Both the position numbers and the translations under genes were made by a program. DNA of 12,325 bases from an archaeon (GTDB lineage Archaea; Iainarchaeota; Iainarchaeia; Iainarchaeales; Iainarchaeaceae), in contig DATDXA010000002.1 of NCBI GenBank assembly GCA_035289485.1, positions 1 to 12,325 of the forward strand, written 5' to 3'. Shown here in pieces: positions 7,124 through 12,325 of the stretch. Each line of letters begins with the position of its first letter. Position 1 is the stretch's first letter. The notes beneath the pieces were generated by a model. That model was not told the origin of the DNA and made no database searches. It saw nothing but the letters and a program-made list of their open reading frames with translations.

Positions 7124-8812
7124 CTATTGGAAATAATCCACCTTAATGTCAAGCGTCTCTTCCATTTCCTTAAGTTCGCTCACAACTTTTTGTATTTTCG
7201 CTTGGTCCGCGTTCCGAATTATAATTTCTGTGCGGCACGCTTTCCTGTCGATTGTGCAAACCGCATTGATGGCCTCCATGTCAAGCCCGTGATTTGCTAT
7301 TTTTGCGCTCTGCTCTGCCAAAAGCCCAGGCCTATCCGCCGCCTCCAGCTCGATTTTAACTGTGTTCATCATCCCTTTTGCCGGAATGTTTTTGGAGAGC
7401 TCTTTTTCTATTATCCTTTTTGCCTTCTCAGAGTGCACAAATCCGCGCCATGCGGGGCTGAATTGCGAAGTGAATGCATAATGCATCTTCACAGTATCTC
7501 CCGGGCTTAGTTGTGTCCATAGCGCGCGGATTTTGCCATTAATCTCGGCTTTGGATGAGTATTTTGCGTGCTTGTCATCAAAGAAATATGCAAAATCAAG
7601 CGCTGTAGAATCAATTGGCACGTTGATTATGTACCCTTCGCTTGTGAAAATTATGGTTGCCCTGTTATGGAAATCAAGGTCGAGAGTTTCAGCAAGCTCT
7701 TTTCCATCCTTAATATGTGGTGAGCTGATTTTGGAAAACATTTTCTCATATTCTTTCAGCAGCTGCCTATTTTCACTTTTTGGCCGCAGAAGCGCCACCA
7801 CACCGTTGTTTGCTGTCTCATTCATTTCCCTGCAGAAAATGTAAACTTTGAGGGGCTTTTTGCGCGGGCCGATTACCTGTGTGTGAAGTGATTGGTAGAT
7901 AAAAAATTCAGGAATTGCAATGAAATCCTTCATCTTCTTGGGGATTGGCTTGAAAGCGGCGTGCACTTTTCCAAGCGCGTCATAGCAATGCGACTTGTCG
8001 TGCGTGATTATTTTCAGAATCAGTGTATCGTGGAGCTCTTTTATCTGCTTGTTTTGCGCTATTGTTTTGCTGTAAATGGAATAAATGGATTTTTTCTTTT
8101 CCTCAAAATCCCATTTCATTTCAGGGAATTTTTTCTTGAGCGCAGATATGGCTTCGCGAACTTCCTTTGCCTTTTCATTCCTTGACCTCTTCACGTCGGC
8201 TTCGAACTTTCTGTATTTTTCCGGCTCGAGAACTTTGAAGCACAGGTCCTCTAGCTCATATTTCATGTCATGCATCCCAAGCTGGTGCGCAAGCGGCACA
8301 TAAATGGTGAGAGCGTCCGCCGCAATTCTCACCTGCTTTTCCTTTGGAAGATGCTTGATTGTTCGCATGTTGTGGAGCTTATCAAAGAGCTTTATCACAA
8401 GCACCCTTATGTCCTTGGATGATGCCATCACAGTCTTTATGATATTTGCAGTGCTCTGCTCCTGCTTTGAGCGGAATGATGCTATGTCAAGTTTTGTTAC
8501 GCCTTCTACAAGCCCGTGTATTTCGCTCCCGAACTTTTTTTCAAGCTCATCCCTTTTGAGCTTTGTGTCCTCAAGAGTGTCGTGCAAAAGGGCGGCGGTA
8601 ATTATGGGCGTATCAAGCCCCTTTTCCGCAAGCATTTTTGCAACTGCAAGCGGGTGCAAAAAATAAGGCTCTCCGGATTCGCGTTTTTGCGGCTCGTGTG
8701 CCGCCTTTGAAAGCCAGAACGCCTCTTCTACCATTGATGTATTGGCGTGTGCATTGTGTTTTCTAATTTCCAGAAGAAGTGAGGCGAGCTCCTTTTCAAA
8801 GTCCACAGGCAT
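7124..8812 (-). CDS. Long RelA/SpoT homologue (HD hydrolase - degenerate synthetase - TGS - ACT), predicted hydrolase-only
   Basis: HD motifs HxxQKRESGEPYxxHP, AALLHDTLED, LVEGVTKL and KLFDKLHNMRT. SYNTH remnants KSIYSIYSK, DFIAIP and YQSLHT. TGS STALDFAY..AEINGK..L..GDTV. ACT DRPGLLAE. Confidence 0.93.
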   Translation of the reverse strand: MPVDFEKELASLLLEIRKHNAHANTSMVEEAFWLSKAAHEPQKRESGEPYFLHPLAVAKMLAEKGLDTPIITAALLHDTLEDTKLKRDELEKKFGSEIHGLVEGVTKLDIASFRSKQEQSTANIIKTVMASSKDIRVLVIKLFDKLHNMRTIKHLPKEKQVRIAADALTIYVPLAHQLGMHDMKYELEDLCFKVLEPEKYRKFEADVKRSRNEKAKEVREAISALKKKFPEMKWDFEEKKKSIYSIYSKTIAQNKQIKELHDTLILKIITHDKSHCYDALGKVHAAFKPIPKKMKDFIAIPEFFIYQSLHTQVIGPRKKPLKVYIFCREMNETANNGVVALLRPKSENRQLLKEYEKMFSKISSPHIKDGKELAETLDLDFHNRATIIFTSEGYIINVPIDSTALDFAYFFDDKHAKYSSKAEINGKIRALWTQLSPGDTVKMHYAFTSQFSPAWRGFVHSEKAKRIIEKELSKNIPAKGMMNTVKIELEAADRPGLLAEQSAKIANHGLDMEAINAVCTIDRKACRTEIIIRNADQAKIQKVVSELKEMEETLDIKVDYFQ

Positions 8813-8836
8813 GCATTATTCTGTGCCCCATAAGTG

Positions 8837-8843
8837 AATTTAA
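8837..8843 (-). promoter_or_regulatory. TATA-like box for the RSH gene
   Basis: Minus-strand CC-TTAAATT, 24 nt upstream of the ATG at 8812; same spacing as neighbouring genes. Confidence 0.55.
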
Positions 8844-8912
8844 GGTGCTTCGATTATTGGGGAAAAACGGTTTTTGGGCGATTTTCGGGTTTTAATGCCG
8901 ATTTGAGGGCTT

Positions 8913-10607
8913 TTACATTTCCTCAAGCATTTCTATGTTCAAAAGCCCCATTCCCTTTTCAAGCGCAAGAGAAACCGCCTTTACCATTGCAATTCTCGAA
9001 GCCATTGATTCCTTTTCCGCCTGCAGCACGGGAACTTCATGATAAAATGAGTTGAATTCCGAGGCAAGCCCTAAAAGGTAGTGCGCGATTTTATGAGGGC
9101 TTGAAGAGTCTCGCGCCTCCGTAATTTTTCCATCCAAATCCCCAAGCACAGAAACAAGCCGCTTCTCTTTTTCCGTGCTGATTTTGATTTCCGCAGGGGC
9201 CTTGAACTTTCCTGCCTTTCGCAGGATGCTTCTTGCGCGCGCAAAGCTGTATAGAATAAATGGCCCAGTTTCGCCTTCAAGCGAAGTTGCCTTCTCCCAG
9301 TTGAACACAATCACCTTGTTCTTGTCATGCCCAACCATGCCAAATTTAATTGCGGCAAGGGCGAGCTTGCGCGCGGTTTCCACTATTCTCTTTTCATTCC
9401 AGTCCGTGTGCCTCTGCCGCGTTTCAGAAAGGGTTTTTTCGAGCACTTCATCAAAGAGTTCCGCGTAAGTAATCACATTTCCTTCGCGTGAGGACATCTT
9501 GCCTCCCTCAAGCCTTACAAGTTCGTATGAAATGTGAACTCCTGGGCAGTATTCCTGCTTGCGATTGTTTAGAAGCTCAATTGTTTTGATGAGCTGGCGA
9601 AAGTAAAATGCCTGCTCTCCTCCAACAACATAGTAAGATATTTCCGCCTTCATTTCATTTTTCTTGAGCTTTGCAAGGGCTATGTCCTTACTAGAGTAGA
9701 GCGCCGCACCATCGCTTTTGAGTATTAAAAACTTCTCAAGCCCGTGTTCTGTTAAATCCACAAGAAGCGCGCCCTGGTCCTTTACCGCAAAGCCTTCCTT
9801 GTGCAACTGGTGCGCAATCTTAATGCCTTCTTTCTCAACTTCGCTTTCAAGTATAATCCTATCAAACGTCACTCCAAGATCTTTGAATATGCGGTGAAAG
9901 CACAGCAGGCTCATTTTGCGCAGATATGCCCAGTCCTTCTTGAGCTGCTTGTCCTTTCCCTTCTCAAGCGCAACCACCATTTCGCGCATCTTCTCTTCAA
10001 GCGCAGGGTTGTCTTTTACCGCTTTCGCGCCCATTACATAGAGTTCCCCGAGCCATTTTTCCTTTTCTTTGAGTTCTTTTGGCTCTTTTTCGTGCGCGAG
10101 CTCTCTGTATGCGTAAATTGTTTTGCTAACATGCGGCCCCACATCCCCGCCATAATCAACCCTTATCACTTTCTTGCCGCTTTCCTCAATTATGCGCGCT
10201 ATGCTCTCTCCAAGGCAGATGTTTCGCACATGCCCTATATGAAATGCCTTCATAGGGTTTGCCTGGCAATACTCCACGATTGTTTTTGATTTTCCTTTTA
10301 GTTTCACTTTCTTTTCCGCGAGCAATGCGGAAATTATTTCCCCTGCGTATTTTCCCTCATCTGCGAAAAAATTTATGTAAGCGCCCTTTACTTCAAATCT
10401 TGAAAAAGTTTTGGGGAGTTTTATTTTTGCGGAAATTTCCTTTGCAATTTCCATTGGGTTTTTCTTCATCACCGCTGCGAGCTTGAAGCATGGCAGCGCG
10501 AAATCTCCCATAGCCCTCTCAGATGGCACTTCGAGGATTTTTTCCGCGAGTTCCTTCTCAACCCCTGCTTGGGAAATTGCCTTCACAAGTTCGCTTCGAA
10601 AATCCAT
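8913..10607 (-). CDS. argS: Arginine--tRNA ligase (564 aa from ATG 10607; ORF extends to 10640)
   Basis: GDFALPCF N-domain, EYCQANPMKAFHIGHVRN (HIGH), KSDG..LY..KDIA, KMSSREGN, GETGPFILYSFAR and EFNSFYH..PVL DALR domain. GGTGA Shine-Dalgarno (10613-10617) lies 5 nt before ATG 10607. Confidence 0.98.
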   Translation of the reverse strand: MDFRSELVKAISQAGVEKELAEKILEVPSERAMGDFALPCFKLAAVMKKNPMEIAKEISAKIKLPKTFSRFEVKGAYINFFADEGKYAGEIISALLAEKKVKLKGKSKTIVEYCQANPMKAFHIGHVRNICLGESIARIIEESGKKVIRVDYGGDVGPHVSKTIYAYRELAHEKEPKELKEKEKWLGELYVMGAKAVKDNPALEEKMREMVVALEKGKDKQLKKDWAYLRKMSLLCFHRIFKDLGVTFDRIILESEVEKEGIKIAHQLHKEGFAVKDQGALLVDLTEHGLEKFLILKSDGAALYSSKDIALAKLKKNEMKAEISYYVVGGEQAFYFRQLIKTIELLNNRKQEYCPGVHISYELVRLEGGKMSSREGNVITYAELFDEVLEKTLSETRQRHTDWNEKRIVETARKLALAAIKFGMVGHDKNKVIVFNWEKATSLEGETGPFILYSFARARSILRKAGKFKAPAEIKISTEKEKRLVSVLGDLDGKITEARDSSSPHKIAHYLLGLASEFNSFYHEVPVLQAEKESMASRIAMVKAVSLALEKGMGLLNIEMLEEM

Positions 10608-10658
10608 TTTGTTCACCAATTCAGCAAATACTTTGTGCATGAAATTATTAATATTATA

Positions 10659-10733
10659 CGGGACTGGTGGGATTTGAACCCACGACCACCTGCTTAGAAG
10701 GCAGGTGCTCTATCCAAGCTGAGCTACAGCCCC
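10659..10733 (-). tRNA. tRNA-Arg(UCU), intronless, CCA not encoded
   Basis: Reverse complement GGGGCTG-TA-GCTC AGCTTGGATA GAGC-A-CCTGC CTTCTAA GCAGG-TGGTC-GTGGG TTCAAAT CCCAC-CAGTCCC-G folds as a full cloverleaf. Anticodon TCT, A20 Arg identity element, G discriminator. Confidence 0.98.
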
Positions 10734-10817
10734 TTATACCTATAACTCAACAATTTAGCGTTAAATGGCTTTAAAAGGGTTTAAGTGGGCAAAAGAGGGC
10801 AAAGTAGGCTAGAGTTG

Positions 10818-11375
10818 TCATTTATTGATGCCGTTTTCCTTCTTGAACCTTTCAAGGAATTTTGGCATTTCCTTGTAGAGCCACTCATTTAGCTGTATAA
10901 ATGATTTTGCCTCATCCTCTATGTATTCAATAATTTTTGGGTACTCTTTTGCCGCATACCATTGCGGGATTATGCTCCCGCTCATTTTCTTTCCGGTTAT
11001 TTTGTCAAGGCCCGAACCTTTGAATTCGCCGCCGTTCATAAGGATTCCAAGCGGGCGCAAATCAATTGAGGGCTTATTTAGAATGTCGATTGTTTCATAT
11101 CCATGCTGCGCAGTGCGCTCCTTGAGAAAATTGTGCTCGAAATTCAGGTTGTATCCGACCGGAATGAAAGTGAAAGCGTAAGGGTCAAGTATTCGCATAT
11201 CTCCAATGAATTTTCCAAGTATTTCCTTCTCAGACGATTCCCATTCTTTTAGTATCGTGAGTTTTCCGATTGCCGCGCCAGTGAACCTGTTGAGTTCCTG
11301 GTACTGGATTGTGATGACCTTTTCCTTTTTCGCATCAAGCCCTGTGGTTTCTATGTCAAAGTAAAAATTTCCCAT
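10818..11375 (-). CDS. Stand-alone DEDD/DnaQ-like (RNase H fold) 3'-5' exonuclease (185 aa)
   Basis: ExoI YFDIETTGLD, ExoII VGYNLNFEH and ExoIII EYIEDE. TATTTTTA box (11400-11407) lies 24 nt upstream of ATG 11375, favouring it over the TTG at 11393. Confidence 0.85.
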   Translation of the reverse strand: MGNFYFDIETTGLDAKKEKVITIQYQELNRFTGAAIGKLTILKEWESSEKEILGKFIGDMRILDPYAFTFIPVGYNLNFEHNFLKERTAQHGYETIDILNKPSIDLRPLGILMNGGEFKGSGLDKITGKKMSGSIIPQWYAAKEYPKIIEYIEDEAKSFIQLNEWLYKEMPKFLERFKKENGINK

Positions 11376-11417
11376 GTAACTATTATCATGCAAAGGGGCT
11401 AAAAATAGGATTGGATT

Positions 11418-12182
11418 TTAGTGAAATCCCAGTGGTTTTTTTGGTAATGCATTTACCTGTCTTCTTGCTTCCCGTGCTTTTTTTAGTTGTTCTTTCCTAA
11501 TGTCCACTAACCTGTTTCGTTGGTCAGCCACTTCGGTTATGAATAAAATTTCTTCATGCTGCCTTTCTAACGAATTTTTTCTGTGTGCGTCCAGTGCAGC
11601 AAACAAAGGCTTGGAAAGCACCTGTGTCTTTTTTATAAGTTGATTTAGTGCCGTTTCCAGTCCATATCCATGTGAAAGCATTGTTATCCAGCGTTTATTG
11701 CCGTTTAGCAATGGGCGTAATGCTGCTGTCCTTATTGCTCTTTGTCCAGAATATCTCCAGTCAAGTTCCCGCATGTTGGGTTCAAACGATTTTGCCACTA
11801 CCATGTCATTTTTTGAGCCAATCAATTTTTTTATCATGTAATCAATATTTTCATGGTTAAGGGCAACTAAATCTGCATCAAGCATCAATATTATATCTGG
11901 TTTATATTTTTCCACTGCGTGCCTTACGCCTGCAATAAACGCGGTTCCCTTTCCTGCATTTTTTTTAGAGCCCTGTGAATCTATGACTTCGCTCCATTGT
12001 GTTTTTGCCGATGCTTTGGTTGCGTCTGTACTGCCGTCATTTACAACAATTATTGGGCGGTTGTGGAAATCTGTTTGTCTCCACATTCTCAATTTGTTAA
12101 GAACTTCTCTAACATTGTGCTCTTCATTAAATGCAGGGATTATCACTGCAATTTTGTATCCGGCAGTGAATGTATCAGCCAT
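11418..12182 (-). CDS. Glycosyltransferase family 2 (GT-A fold), 254 aa, with basic C-terminal tail
   Basis: VIIPAFNEE, VVNDGSTD, N.GKG.A, DxD motif LDADL, SGQRA and YGLE motifs. ATG 12182 overlaps the upstream gene's stop (ATGGCTGA). Confidence 0.9.
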   Translation of the reverse strand: MADTFTAGYKIAVIIPAFNEEHNVREVLNKLRMWRQTDFHNRPIIVVNDGSTDATKASAKTQWSEVIDSQGSKKNAGKGTAFIAGVRHAVEKYKPDIILMLDADLVALNHENIDYMIKKLIGSKNDMVVAKSFEPNMRELDWRYSGQRAIRTAALRPLLNGNKRWITMLSHGYGLETALNQLIKKTQVLSKPLFAALDAHRKNSLERQHEEILFITEVADQRNRLVDIRKEQLKKAREARRQVNALPKKPLGFH

Positions 12183-12324
12183 ACAGCATCCCGTAATACA
12201 TCTGTTCAAGTAGCGCCTTGTTCCTCGCTTCCGGCGCGTCCCCGACAAGTGACTCTATTGGGGCGGAGTAGTATGCCACGCGCTCACCAACTTGAGTGGA
12301 TACAATGAATGGGAGCTGCCTTCC
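12175..12324 (-). CDS. C-terminal fragment of an upstream hypothetical protein (truncated by window edge)
   Basis: Frame open from the window edge: GRQLPFIVSTQVGERVAYYSAPIESLVGDAPEARNKALLEQMYYGMLYG*. Its TGA overlaps the GT2 start by 8 nt, typical of translational coupling. Confidence 0.65.
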   Translation of the reverse strand, partial: GRQLPFIVSTQVGERVAYYSAPIESLVGDAPEARNKALLEQMYYGMLYG

Positions 12325-12325
12325 A

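Noticed and set aside
1708..8812. Bacterial contamination or a chimeric contig explaining bacterial-type alaS, leuS and RSH
   Set aside because: All three carry archaeal TATA-like boxes at the local spacing, LeuRS has an archaeal C-terminal domain, and the flanks are archaeal. Read mapping would be the final check.
7124..8812. RSH as a pseudogene or a normal bifunctional Rel
   Set aside because: The frame is intact and hydrolase residues are conserved, so it is not a pseudogene; the synthetase catalytic motif is absent, so it is not bifunctional.
2098..10677. Numerous 60-162 aa ORFs inside alaS, leuS, RSH and argS (e.g. 5153-5617, 7103-7510, 9801-10289)
   Set aside because: Antisense or off-frame shadows of well-conserved genes, rich in Ser/Phe as expected for the reverse of Lys/Glu codons.
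12183..12248. N-terminal extension MSGTRRKRG... of the GT2 in the ORF track
   Set aside because: Non-ATG start lying inside the upstream gene's open frame; the ATGGCTGA overlap supports a start at 12182.
10659..12325. Integrated mobile element or island at tRNA-Arg
   Set aside because: No integrase or transposase and no duplicated tRNA end seen; the tRNA 3' side abuts argS.
1..12325. Alternative genetic code, recoding, inteins or introns
   Set aside because: All conserved genes translate full length in the standard code with no unexplained insertions; the tRNA has no intron.

Overview
Archaeal translation-centred neighbourhood. A reduced-genome DPANN archaeon (Diapherotrites/Micrarchaeota-like) is my inference from the archaeal rRNA, RNase P and TATA signals combined with bacterial-type genes. 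The window holds the 3' end of a 23S rRNA gene with no adjacent 5S, an unusually remodelled RNase P RNA, three aminoacyl-tRNA synthetases (short bacterial-type AlaRS, chimeric bacterial-core/archaeal-tail LeuRS, ArgRS), and tRNA-Arg(UCU) directly upstream of argS. It also holds a DEDD exonuclease, a GT2 glycosyltransferase and four ORFans, one of them below the ORF-track cutoff. The standout is a multi-domain long RelA/SpoT homologue (HD-pseudoSYNTH-TGS-ACT) between leuS and argS. It keeps its hydrolase motifs but has lost the synthetase catalytic residues, the tRNA-sensing TGS His and the zinc finger, and it sits behind an archaeal TATA-like promoter. This suggests a repurposed hydrolase-only alarmone or pyrophosphate-removing system in an archaeon. 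No database searches were possible; all calls come from motif recognition.
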